Positions 20,070-28,310 of a stretch of DNA of 64,000 nucleotides are shown piece after piece (positions within the stretch are counted from its first letter, which is position 1; each line of letters starts with the position of its first letter). Position numbers and translations under genes: made by a program. Origin of the DNA: Thermoanaerobaculia bacterium (lineage in GTDB: Bacteria; Acidobacteriota; Thermoanaerobaculia; UBA5066); NCBI GenBank assembly GCA_963816185.1, contig CAWFJJ010000025.1, positions 416,001 through 480,000 on the forward strand. The letters are read 5' to 3'. Below the pieces are notes generated by a model. The model was not told the DNA's origin and searched no databases. It saw only the letters and a program-made list of their open reading frames with translations.

Positions 20070-20161
20070 TCCTCGCCCCCTCGCTCTATGAAGGAAACCG
20101 CCGGGCGGCGTGGGGGCGAGGAACCCGACCCGTGAGTAGCTACCTCACGGTGCCGCCCGGC
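20070..20161 (-). promoter_or_regulatory. Candidate structured 5' leader RNA sequestering the RBS
   Basis: Stems 20100-20110/20151-20161, 20130-20136/20144-20150 and 20070-20080/20112-20122 (the last covers the RBS). Confidence 0.5.
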
Positions 20162-20247
20162 ACCTCGGAAGTTAACTCAACACTACGGCACCGTGGGCGA
20201 ACGATGCAGACGGCTCATGGCGGAACGACTGCGGAGGTTCGAATCTG

Positions 20248-21027
20248 TTGAAAGGTGGCCCCGCTTGCGGCCACTTCAAAAGGACCGAGGACTACATGGA
20301 CCTACGCCGCCGCCCTTTCGCGTGGCTCGTCCCGTCTCTTGTGGCGCTCGCTGCCGCCCCCGCCCTCTCGGCGGTCCTCGCGTCAGTCTTGGCCCTGTCG
20401 GGCCTCGCAGCTGGTTGCTCGAAGTCGTCCTCGCCTACGGAGCCGCAGTCACTCGCATCGCTGAGCGGGTACGTCCGGCTCTGTGGTTTTGACACCCTGT
20501 CCACGCTCTTGGTGACGGACTCGAAGGGGATGCAGGGTGCGACGTCTCTCGGCCCGAACGGCAGCTACTCGTTTCCCGCCGTGTTCGCAGCGGGTCCGTA
20601 CACCATGACGATCACCAGATCCGCGATGTCGCAGAAGACGCTCAACGTGGGTGGGACGGATGCGCTCAAGACGGGGGCAAACACTTACTACTGGACCTCG
20701 GTTGAGTGCCCTACGTTAACCATTTACATCGACACGGCGACATGCGGACCGTTCAACGGGCCCGTCCCCGGCACGGTCACGCTGTCGTCAACGGGCTGGC
20801 AGTCCAGCACAATCTCGCTCGTTCCCGGCGCACCCGTGACTACGAACCTCCCAGACACGGGCGACTATCACATCCTGTTCATCGCTACGGACATGAACGG
20901 TGGGCATTTGTGGTGGGTCAGAACCCAAACGGTCGCGTCGGTCTCGAACGTCTCGCTACCGCTCGACTGCACCATCGGTCCCGGCTACGTCCGAGGTGGC
21001 GGGCTCCCGCCCATGTTCGTCAGGTGA
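20248..21027 (+). CDS. Hypothetical Cys/Thr-rich exported or lipoprotein (element cargo; start may be 20296)
   Basis: Hydrophobic signal with lipobox-like LAAGC; beta-rich Thr/Gly composition. Confidence 0.6.
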   Translation: MKGGPACGHFKRTEDYMDLRRRPFAWLVPSLVALAAAPALSAVLASVLALSGLAAGCSKSSSPTEPQSLASLSGYVRLCGFDTLSTLLVTDSKGMQGATSLGPNGSYSFPAVFAAGPYTMTITRSAMSQKTLNVGGTDALKTGANTYYWTSVECPTLTIYIDTATCGPFNGPVPGTVTLSSTGWQSSTISLVPGAPVTTNLPDTGDYHILFIATDMNGGHLWWVRTQTVASVSNVSLPLDCTIGPGYVRGGGLPPMFVR

Positions 21028-21173
21028 ACGACCGTCTCGGTGGGAGTTCACGGAGTTCACCGACGAGTTCACGGGGACCGTCTGGAGCCGTCCGCAGTCA
21101 TCCGTAGTCGTAGGGGGTGTATCGGAAGTCGTTGATGCGCCGTTGTCCGCGGTTGTCGTGGGATCATCGTCGG

Positions 21174-21219
21174 GCTTTACACGCAGCAGGTCATCGGTTC
21201 GATCCCGATACCTCCCACC
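21174..21219 (+). repeat. Displaced tRNA-Val 3' half (att site, copy 2)
   Basis: GCTTTACACGCAGCAGGTC-ATCGG-TTCGATC-CCGAT-ACCTCCCACC; no 5' half upstream. Confidence 0.9.
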
Positions 21220-21269
21220 GCCGAACTCATTCACGCCAGGGAATGGACCCTGGACGAAAGGAGGACGAC

Positions 21270-21854
21270 ATGGGTGATCCTATTGACATTTCGGACTTCG
21301 GGCAGCTTTCGGCGGCACCGGACGCGAGCGCCCCGCTGCTGGTTGTGTTTGGCGGCATCGACGTGCATGGCGTTCAGAGCGGCGTCTACATGTGGAACTA
21401 CATGAGCAAGATCAAGGACCGGTTTCACATCTTCGTCGCGCGCAGCAACGCCGTGAACGGCTCCCTGGCCTATCAGGCGCTGACGAGCACCCTCAAGGCG
21501 CAGAGCCTCACCGCGTCCGACCAGACCCTGTATCTCTTCTCGGGCGGCTACAGGCCTGGGATGAAGCTGCTGCCCGGCAGCGGTCCCGGCGTGTTCTCGA
21601 AGATCTACCTGGTCGACATCTGGATGGGCGTGACCAAGAAATCCGGCTCCGTGGTCCCGGACTTCTACAAGGCCCTGGTGGATGGGAACGCGGGTAAGGT
21701 CACCTACGTCTTCACGACGTTCGGGGCCAACAACGATAAGGCGAGGGATTACATCGCGAAAAAGTTGGGGCCGAGTAAGGCGGTCTTGGTCAAGGGCGGG
21801 GGCATGGACGTCCACATGTCGACGAATACTGTGGCCGTCAAGATGCTCCCATAG
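21270..21854 (+). CDS. Hypothetical protein, possibly alpha/beta-hydrolase-like fold
   Basis: GAGG RBS before ATG; LLVVFGG and LYLFSGGY (nucleophile-elbow-like); strong GC3 coding bias. Confidence 0.7.
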   Translation: MGDPIDISDFGQLSAAPDASAPLLVVFGGIDVHGVQSGVYMWNYMSKIKDRFHIFVARSNAVNGSLAYQALTSTLKAQSLTASDQTLYLFSGGYRPGMKLLPGSGPGVFSKIYLVDIWMGVTKKSGSVVPDFYKALVDGNAGKVTYVFTTFGANNDKARDYIAKKLGPSKAVLVKGGGMDVHMSTNTVAVKMLP

Positions 21855-21927
21855 GAGCGCTCGCCCAGCCGGTGGCGTCGAGCGCTCGCAGGATGAAGTT
21901 CTGAGAGTGACCGCACGCCCGCGCTGC

Positions 21928-21964
21928 CAGCAGGTCGCCGGTTCGATCCCGGCACCTCCCACCA
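21928..21964 (+). repeat. Displaced tRNA-Val 3' end (att site, copy 3)
   Basis: CAGCAGGTC-GCCGG-TTCGATC-CCGGC-ACCTCCCACCA. Confidence 0.85.
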
Positions 21965-22055
21965 CCTCTTCGAAGGCGAGCCCGCGGTTGCGGCGGAACC
22001 CCGTCTCTGTATACTCCGGCCTCCCGCCCAGACGCGACCGTCGTGGGACGGAATC

Positions 22056-22132
22056 GGGGTCGTAGCTCAGTTGGTTAGAGCGCAGGCCTGTCACGCCTGA
22101 GGTCGCGGGTTCGAGCCCCGTCGGCCCCGCCA
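22056..22132 (+). tRNA. tRNA-Asp (anticodon GTC)
   Basis: Acceptor GGGGTCG/CGGCCCC, anticodon arm CAGGC-CTGTCAC-GCCTG, T-loop TTCGAGC, discriminator G plus CCA. Confidence 0.96.
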
Positions 22133-22207
22133 CTCTCCCAGGTGACACGGTTCGAGTTTGCTAGACTGACGCCGTTCCGGGAGCCGCCCATCGCAAACGT
22201 TTCGAAC

Positions 22208-24061
22208 ATGGCGCCGGAGTTCGAGCACTACACGGTTTCCCGCGTTCTCGGCGAAGGCGGGATGGGTCTCGTCTACCTCGCGCACGACCGGCGGACCGGC
22301 CTTCCCGTGGCCATCAAGGTCATGTCCAAGCGGGAGTTCGACCCCGAGCTGCAGGCGCGGTTCCTGAAGGAGAACCGAATCCTGTCGGCGCTGAACCACC
22401 GCAACATCGTGCGGTGCTACGACATCACGGAGTCCCTCGAGGGCATGCTCTCCATCGTGATGGAGTACGTCGACGGCGTCGACTTCCGCGCGTTCGAGGG
22501 GCGGCCGTACCCCGAGCTGCTGCCCCTTATGATCCAGGCCCTGATGGGTCTCGCCTACCTCCGGGGCCAGAACATCGTTCACCGCGACCTCTCGTCGAAC
22601 AACATATTCGTGACGCTCGAGAACCAGACGCGCGTCACGAAGATCCTCGACTTCGGGGTCGCGAAGATCCTCCAGCAGCAGGCCGTGGACGGCGACGTCA
22701 GGACGCGGACCGGGCAGTTTCTCGGAAAGTTCGCGTTTGCCTCGCCCGAGCATTTTTTCCCGTCGAGCATCGACTGGCGGAGCGACGTGTACTCGCTCGG
22801 GGTGATCTTTCACCGGCTGTTGACGAAAAAGCCGCCGATCACCGTGGCCCGCAAGGCGAACTATTACGAGTGGCTGGTCGCGCACCAGCGGGAGAACGTC
22901 TTCGAGGTCTCGGCGCCCCCAGGCGTCCCGGCTTTGCCCGAGGCTCTGCGGGACATCGTGCGGCGAATGCTGGCGAGGAGCCCGGACGACCGCCCCCAGA
23001 GCTACGAAGAGATCCTCGGCGTGCTCGACCGGATTCAGCGCGGGCTTTCGGCCGGGCTCGAGCCCGATCCGCTCCTCCTCCGGACGCTTCCTCCGCCGGT
23101 CGAAGGGAGGATCGGCTCGTCGGGGGGCCGGTCGGGGCCGACCCCCTCGTCGCCATCCGTGTCGCCTCCCATCGCCCGCTCCGCCCCAGCGATCGTGAAA
23201 GCGGCGAACCCGATATCCACCGAAGCATCCCAGCAGAAGAGGTGGCCCGACCTCGACGTGCCGGAGTCGCCCACCGAGATCTTCGAATCCATGCCTTCTC
23301 GTCATTCGCCCGGGGTTTCCGCCACCCCCCAGCCGCCGGCCGACACCCTGACGCCCGAGACTTTCCCTCCCGCGAGTCCGGCGATGACGGAGCAGCTTCC
23401 GCCACCGGCCTCATCGGATGCCACGAAGACGGCGCCGACCGTGGTGTCCGAGAGATCGGAGAGGTTCTCCGAGATCTCCATGTGGTCGGGAGGCGCTGCG
23501 AAGGAGTCGGAGCCCGAACCGGTCAGCTCCTCGTCCGACGTCGTGGAGGACAAGACGGAAAGGCTCGACGACGTCATCGCGAAACTGAGGCAGAAGTCGT
23601 CGCAGGAGCCTCTTCCCCCGCTGAGGCAACCGTCGACGCCGGAGCCTCTCTCTTCGGGCCTTCCGCTCTCTTCGGAACCACCGCCCCAGCCCGTGCGCCG
23701 GCCCGAACCTTCGCCGCAGCGCGCGAGCGAGACCGCTCCCACGGCGCCGCCGAAGCCCGGCAAGCGACTGGTCGTTTACGGTGAGCAGCCGCCGGCCGTC
23801 CCGATCCCTCCCCGCGCGGTGCCGCGTGCCGTGGCGCCCGCGCCGCCTGTTCCTGCCCCGAAGGCGACCGATCGGCGGATCCGCGGGATCGGCATTGGAT
23901 TGATCGTCGCTGCCATCGTCGTCCTCTTTGTCGCCATCCTGTGGGTTCTGATCTCCCTCCTGCGCGGCTCGGCAGGCGAACCGCGCAGGAGCAGCCACGC
24001 CGGTCCCACCGGGGTCGTCGCCGCGGCGGCCCTCCGATCCGTTCATCCCGAGCCCGAATGA
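22208..24061 (+). CDS. Hanks-type Ser/Thr protein kinase with Pro/Ser-rich linker and C-terminal TM
   Basis: LGEGGMGLVY, VAIK, HRDLSSNN, DFGVAK, ASPE, SDVYSLG; hydrophobic segment GIGIGLIVAAIVVLFVAILWVLI. Confidence 0.93.
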   Translation: MAPEFEHYTVSRVLGEGGMGLVYLAHDRRTGLPVAIKVMSKREFDPELQARFLKENRILSALNHRNIVRCYDITESLEGMLSIVMEYVDGVDFRAFEGRPYPELLPLMIQALMGLAYLRGQNIVHRDLSSNNIFVTLENQTRVTKILDFGVAKILQQQAVDGDVRTRTGQFLGKFAFASPEHFFPSSIDWRSDVYSLGVIFHRLLTKKPPITVARKANYYEWLVAHQRENVFEVSAPPGVPALPEALRDIVRRMLARSPDDRPQSYEEILGVLDRIQRGLSAGLEPDPLLLRTLPPPVEGRIGSSGGRSGPTPSSPSVSPPIARSAPAIVKAANPISTEASQQKRWPDLDVPESPTEIFESMPSRHSPGVSATPQPPADTLTPETFPPASPAMTEQLPPPASSDATKTAPTVVSERSERFSEISMWSGGAAKESEPEPVSSSSDVVEDKTERLDDVIAKLRQKSSQEPLPPLRQPSTPEPLSSGLPLSSEPPPQPVRRPEPSPQRASETAPTAPPKPGKRLVVYGEQPPAVPIPPRAVPRAVAPAPPVPAPKATDRRIRGIGIGLIVAAIVVLFVAILWVLISLLRGSAGEPRRSSHAGPTGVVAAAALRSVHPEPE

Positions 24062-24071
24062 AGGAGCGGTC

Positions 24072-24710
24072 ATGACCGAAAACCGACCTGGACCTCCCGG
24101 CGATGTAGACGTCACGGCTGCGAGCCCGGCTCCCGGAGGAACGAAATCGCTGAAAGACATGCTGTCCAACGCGCGCGCGCAGTCCCGCGGGCAGGGGGTC
24201 GTTCAGGGTTCCACGATCTTCTTCAAGAACCTCGCCGAGTCGATCGGGCACTCGAACCGGAATCTGAAGATCGGGCTGGCCTTCCTGACGGCCGCGTTCG
24301 TCGTCGTCGCGGCGGCGCTCGGCACGCTCGTCTTCCAGGCTTTCCGGAGCCAGGTCGCCACGAAGACGACTCTCGAAAAGCAGATTCAATCGATGGACGC
24401 GGCGACGCGGAAGCAGATTCAGCCGGTCCTCGACGCGATGACGGGCCTGGACAAGAAGCTCTCCGACCAGCAGGAGGCGCAGAGGCGCGAGCTGGAAGGG
24501 GTCCGTCAGCTGCTCCAGGCCGACATCGACGCGGCGAAGCAGGACGCCGCAGCGGCGCGCCGCGAGACGGCGGAGCTCCGCACCTCCCTGAAGGCGGTCG
24601 AGAAGTGGGCCGAGGATTTCGGAAAGACCTACGTTCAGGACCGCAACAACCTCGACACGCGCTTGAGACGCCTCGAGGGCGCGCCCGCCCCGGCCCCCGC
24701 GACGAAGTGA
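24072..24710 (+). CDS. Hypothetical single-TM coiled-coil protein
   Basis: AAGGAG RBS; one TM followed by heptad-rich helix; lies between the two kinases. Confidence 0.75.
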   Translation: MTENRPGPPGDVDVTAASPAPGGTKSLKDMLSNARAQSRGQGVVQGSTIFFKNLAESIGHSNRNLKIGLAFLTAAFVVVAAALGTLVFQAFRSQVATKTTLEKQIQSMDAATRKQIQPVLDAMTGLDKKLSDQQEAQRRELEGVRQLLQADIDAAKQDAAAARRETAELRTSLKAVEKWAEDFGKTYVQDRNNLDTRLRRLEGAPAPAPATK

Positions 24711-24722
24711 GGAGCCGCGCTC

Positions 24723-25880
24723 TTGAGCTTGCGCTTCGGATTCGGCCTCGAAGAGATCGAGCTCGGCGAGATCGTGGGCCGGGGCGGCTCCGGTGAGGTC
24801 TTCGCGGCGCGCCATCGCGAGACCGGGGCCCGCCTGGCCGCGAAGATCTACCCGTTCGACCGGATGGATCCCGAGTTCCGCCCCCGTGAGCGGTTCCAAC
24901 GCGAATGCCGGATCCTCTCGAGGATGGAGCACCCGGCGTTTCCGGCTCTCTACGGCTGCGGCGAAGAAGAGGACGGGAGCACCGGCTGGGCGTTCATGGA
25001 GTGGATCGAGGGCGAGCCCCTGTCGGCCTACCGCTCCGCGCCCCTTCACGAGGTCATCCGGCTCGCCTACGGCATCGCCTCGGCCCTCGATGCCTTACAC
25101 GTCCAGGGAATCCTCCACCGCGACATCGCCTTCGACAACGTTCTCGTCGAGACGCGTCGCTTCGGCCACAACCCGCGGCTGATCGACCTCGGCGTCGCGA
25201 AAGACATTTCGTCGAACGAGGACCTGACCATGGCGGGAGCCTTTCTCGGCCGCGTCCCTTTCGCCTCACCCGAGCTCCTGACGGCGGAAGGAGCGGCCGG
25301 GCTCGTCGATCCGCGGAGCGATGTCTTTTCTTTCGGCGTTCTCCTCTACGAGTGGCTTTCCGGAAAGCCGCCGTTCCCGGGCGAGACGCCGGAACGCGTG
25401 ATGAAGGCGCAGAAGAAGAGAGCGGCGCCGAAGCTGGAGCTCAGGGAGAGCGCGGGCGAGGCGGACCCCGGCTTGGCGGCGTTCGTGGAAAGCCTCCTGG
25501 AGACCGAGATGGAGAAAAGGCCGTCTTCCGACGCCGTCGTTCGGCGGCTGGGCGAGCTCAGGACTCTTCATCCTCGGCCGGTCCTCGAGCTTCCGCAATC
25601 GCCGGCCTCCGTCTATCGCGCGGACTCCATCGGATATGCCCTCCTGCCGAGGCGCTTCGGTGCAGCGCCGACTCTTCGGAGGCTGCGCGCGGTCTCTTTT
25701 CCGGAACCTCCGCCTCAGCCGGCCCCGGTCGAGTCCGCGCCGCGCGAGGAGCCTTCCCGCGAGGGCGTTCTCGCCGGAGTCGGCTCGCGACCCGGAATCG
25801 GCGGCCTCGTCCTCGCCCTCGGAATCCTGGCTTTCGCCGCGGCGTGCGCTCTCGCGGCGTACCTCGTTTTCTGGCGCTGA
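24723..25880 (+). CDS. Ser/Thr protein kinase with C-terminal membrane anchor
   Basis: VGRGGSGEVF, AAK, HRDIAFDN, DLGVAK, ASPE, SDVFSFG; terminal TM. Confidence 0.9.
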   Translation: MSLRFGFGLEEIELGEIVGRGGSGEVFAARHRETGARLAAKIYPFDRMDPEFRPRERFQRECRILSRMEHPAFPALYGCGEEEDGSTGWAFMEWIEGEPLSAYRSAPLHEVIRLAYGIASALDALHVQGILHRDIAFDNVLVETRRFGHNPRLIDLGVAKDISSNEDLTMAGAFLGRVPFASPELLTAEGAAGLVDPRSDVFSFGVLLYEWLSGKPPFPGETPERVMKAQKKRAAPKLELRESAGEADPGLAAFVESLLETEMEKRPSSDAVVRRLGELRTLHPRPVLELPQSPASVYRADSIGYALLPRRFGAAPTLRRLRAVSFPEPPPQPAPVESAPREEPSREGVLAGVGSRPGIGGLVLALGILAFAAACALAAYLVFWR

Positions 25881-25888
25881 CGGTTCTT

Positions 25889-27364
25889 TCAGGCCCCGGC
25901 TTTTTTCAAGGCGCTGGCCGCTTCTGACGCTGTTTCGCTGGGCGTCGGGACGGGCTGGGGAGCGGGCTCAGCCGGCGTTTTTCCCGGGGAAGCGGGCGGA
26001 GCGATGGTAGGTGTTGCCGTGTCCGTCGCGGTCGGCGTCGGCGTGATGGTCGCGGTCGGTGTGTCGGTCGGCGTCGGCGGAAACTCGAGCGGCTTGAGCC
26101 CGCTGAGGGCCTCCGGAGTACGGAACGACGGCTCGATCGGCTGGCGTGCGGGCTGCGGAGAAGGACGAGGCGTCGCCTTCGTCTGCGCGCTTCGCTCGGG
26201 AGCCTCCGTCCCCGTCGGCGAAGGTGAAGGAGCCGCGGGAAGCGGCGTCGCGGTCAGAGCCGGCGCTGCGGAGCTCGGAGCGGCCATTGCCGGCGCCGCC
26301 GGCGTGGGAGGAACGGCGGCGGGCAGGCTCGGCGTCGCTGAAGGCCGCCGCAGAAAGATGCCGACCGCGACGACGACGGCGAGCAGCGCGAGCGTCGCGA
26401 GGCTGAAGGCGACGGCGCGCCGGCTCGCGCGCGGCCGGGGCGCGGGCTCGGCGGGAGGCTCCGAGGCCGCACCCGCAACGAGCATTTCATCGTCGGTGCG
26501 GGGTGACGGGGGCGGCCCGGCTCCGACCGGCTGCTCGGCCTTGCCGAGCCCGAGCCGGGCCGGCGTCCCGCGCGAAAGAAGCGCGACGGAAATGTTGTCC
26601 TTCGAGCCTGCCTCGAACGCGAGGCGATGAATCTCGACGGCGGCTTCCTGGAGTGTGCCGGTCGTCTCGAGAGCCGTGAGAAAGCGCTCGGCCTCGAGGA
26701 CGTCGGTGACGCCGTCGGTCGTGAGGATGACGACGTCGCCGGGGCCGAGCTTCACGTCGCTTCGCACGTCGGGGACGACCTTCTTCTCCTGGCCGAGGCT
26801 CCGGGTGAGGGCGTGCGCGAATGGATTGCTGGCGTCGTCCTCGGGGGCGACCGAGTCGGAGCCGAGGGCTCGCCGCTGCTCGGCGAGAGCCGTGTGGTCC
26901 ACCGAGAGCTGCCGGACGCTCAGGCCCCTGACCAGGAAAATCCTGCTGTCGCCGACGTTGGCCACGAAGAGGCGGTCGTCCGCGATCACCATCGCGAACG
27001 CGAGCGTCGCGCCCATCCCCTTCCGCTCGGCCGAGGCCTTCCCGCTCTGGTAGATCTCCCGGTTGACCTCGGCGATCCACTCGCGGATTTCCGCCTCGAT
27101 CGCCGCGGGCGGCAGAGAGGAAACGTCGGGCCGCGCCGCGAACGCCTGGACCTTCCCCTTGAGGATCTCCACGGTGAGACGCGAGGCGACCTCTCCGGCA
27201 TTGTGTCCGCCCATGCCGTCGCTGAGGACGGCAAATGCCCTGAGAGCGGACGACGGTGGGAGGACCGCGAGAATCGCGGCATCCTCGTTCGACTCCCGGC
27301 GCCCCTTCTCGGAAAGACCGCCGGCGAGGTATCGGGGCGGGAGAGAGCCCGCTTCGGCGTCCAC
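25889..27364 (-). CDS. PP2C/PPM-family Ser/Thr phosphatase with TM and Pro/Thr-rich tail
   Basis: GRRESNED, SDGMGGHNAGEVAS, GMGAT, NVGDSR, TTDGV, GSKDNIS. Confidence 0.92.
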   Translation of the reverse strand: MDAEAGSLPPRYLAGGLSEKGRRESNEDAAILAVLPPSSALRAFAVLSDGMGGHNAGEVASRLTVEILKGKVQAFAARPDVSSLPPAAIEAEIREWIAEVNREIYQSGKASAERKGMGATLAFAMVIADDRLFVANVGDSRIFLVRGLSVRQLSVDHTALAEQRRALGSDSVAPEDDASNPFAHALTRSLGQEKKVVPDVRSDVKLGPGDVVILTTDGVTDVLEAERFLTALETTGTLQEAAVEIHRLAFEAGSKDNISVALLSRGTPARLGLGKAEQPVGAGPPPSPRTDDEMLVAGAASEPPAEPAPRPRASRRAVAFSLATLALLAVVVAVGIFLRRPSATPSLPAAVPPTPAAPAMAAPSSAAPALTATPLPAAPSPSPTGTEAPERSAQTKATPRPSPQPARQPIEPSFRTPEALSGLKPLEFPPTPTDTPTATITPTPTATDTATPTIAPPASPGKTPAEPAPQPVPTPSETASEAASALKKAGA

Positions 27365-27373
27365 CCTTGTTCC

Positions 27374-28207
27374 TCAGTCCTCGCGATAGGTCATGACGAC
27401 TTCGCCGATCTCGATGCGGTCGTTGTCGACGAGGCGCCGCGAGGCGTTTTCCTCGATCTCCTCGCCGTTGACGCTCGTCGGGTTCGTCCGAGCGTAATTG
27501 ATGAGGGAATAGCTCCGCTTGTCGTAGACGAGCTTCGCGTGCTTTCCGGAAACGGAGGCCGGGAGAAGCTGGATGTGGCGGTACGGCGGGCCGGGGTCGC
27601 GGCCGATCGTCGTCTCGACGCGCTCGCCGGGGACAGTCCGGAAAATCCGGAGCTCGGTTTGTCGGTCGCCTTCGTCGATGAGAAACCGTCCCGGCAGGAC
27701 GTCCAGGACGCCAGCCGGAGGCTGCCCGGCATGGACGACGCCGCCGTTCGTCCATCCGGCAGGCGCAGGCCCTTCGGGAATCGGCAGTGGCGCTGCGGAA
27801 CGCGAGGGGACGTTGATGACGACGGGCTTCTTCAAGAGCACGGTGAGCACAACGACGAGCGTCGCGACGAGCACGAGGACTCCGATGCCGAGCAGGATCA
27901 GAACGTTCGACGGCAGGCCGCCGGGCGCTTCGGAAGCGGCGCGCTCCGCCGGGGTGCGGACGGGGACGGGCGTGGACGAGGGCAATGCCGGCGGCTGCGT
28001 GACGGCGACCTCCGGCGTGAGCGACGGCGCCGCCGGCGCCTGCGTGACGGTGGGGGCGGGTGTGGTCGTTTCGCCCGCAGCCGGCAGCGGCGGCAGTGGC
28101 GGAAGCGTGGGGATCGGCGTCTGGGCGCGGGCCCCGGTCGCACTCAGGATGGCGGCGACGGCCGCCGCGAAGAGAGCACTCTTGGCGAGGTTGCGCCCGT
28201 TTTGCAT
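27374..28207 (-). CDS. Membrane-anchored FHA-domain protein
   Basis: Signal peptide, Pro/Thr linker, TM, then FHA motifs IGR, SVSGKHA, TNPTSVNG, DRIEIG. Confidence 0.85.
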   Translation of the reverse strand: MQNGRNLAKSALFAAAVAAILSATGARAQTPIPTLPPLPPLPAAGETTTPAPTVTQAPAAPSLTPEVAVTQPPALPSSTPVPVRTPAERAASEAPGGLPSNVLILLGIGVLVLVATLVVVLTVLLKKPVVINVPSRSAAPLPIPEGPAPAGWTNGGVVHAGQPPAGVLDVLPGRFLIDEGDRQTELRIFRTVPGERVETTIGRDPGPPYRHIQLLPASVSGKHAKLVYDKRSYSLINYARTNPTSVNGEEIEENASRRLVDNDRIEIGEVVMTYRED

Positions 28208-28310
28208 TCGTCTTCCCTCGACTCTTAGGTCAGCCCGTTTTCGCAGAGGATAGCCGTGCCGGAAGGTTGCCGTCGACCGGCGTGACAGACGGTAAAGCTG
28301 TCCGATCGTC

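Larger units (their letters stand above)
15798..21219. mobile_element. Degenerate integrative element (phage-satellite-like) in tRNA-Val, ~5.4 kb
   Basis: Bounded by 19-bp direct repeat GCTTTACACGCAGCAGGTC (15798-15816 and 21174-21192); contains integrase remnant, Rep, HTH genes, terS-like gene. Confidence 0.85.

Noticed and set aside
21174-21964. Additional functional tRNA genes
   Set aside because: Both copies lack the 5' acceptor strand and D-arm; they are att remnants.
25960-26330. Repetitive DNA in the PP2C 3' region
   Set aside because: Explained by a Pro/Thr/Ala low-complexity protein linker.
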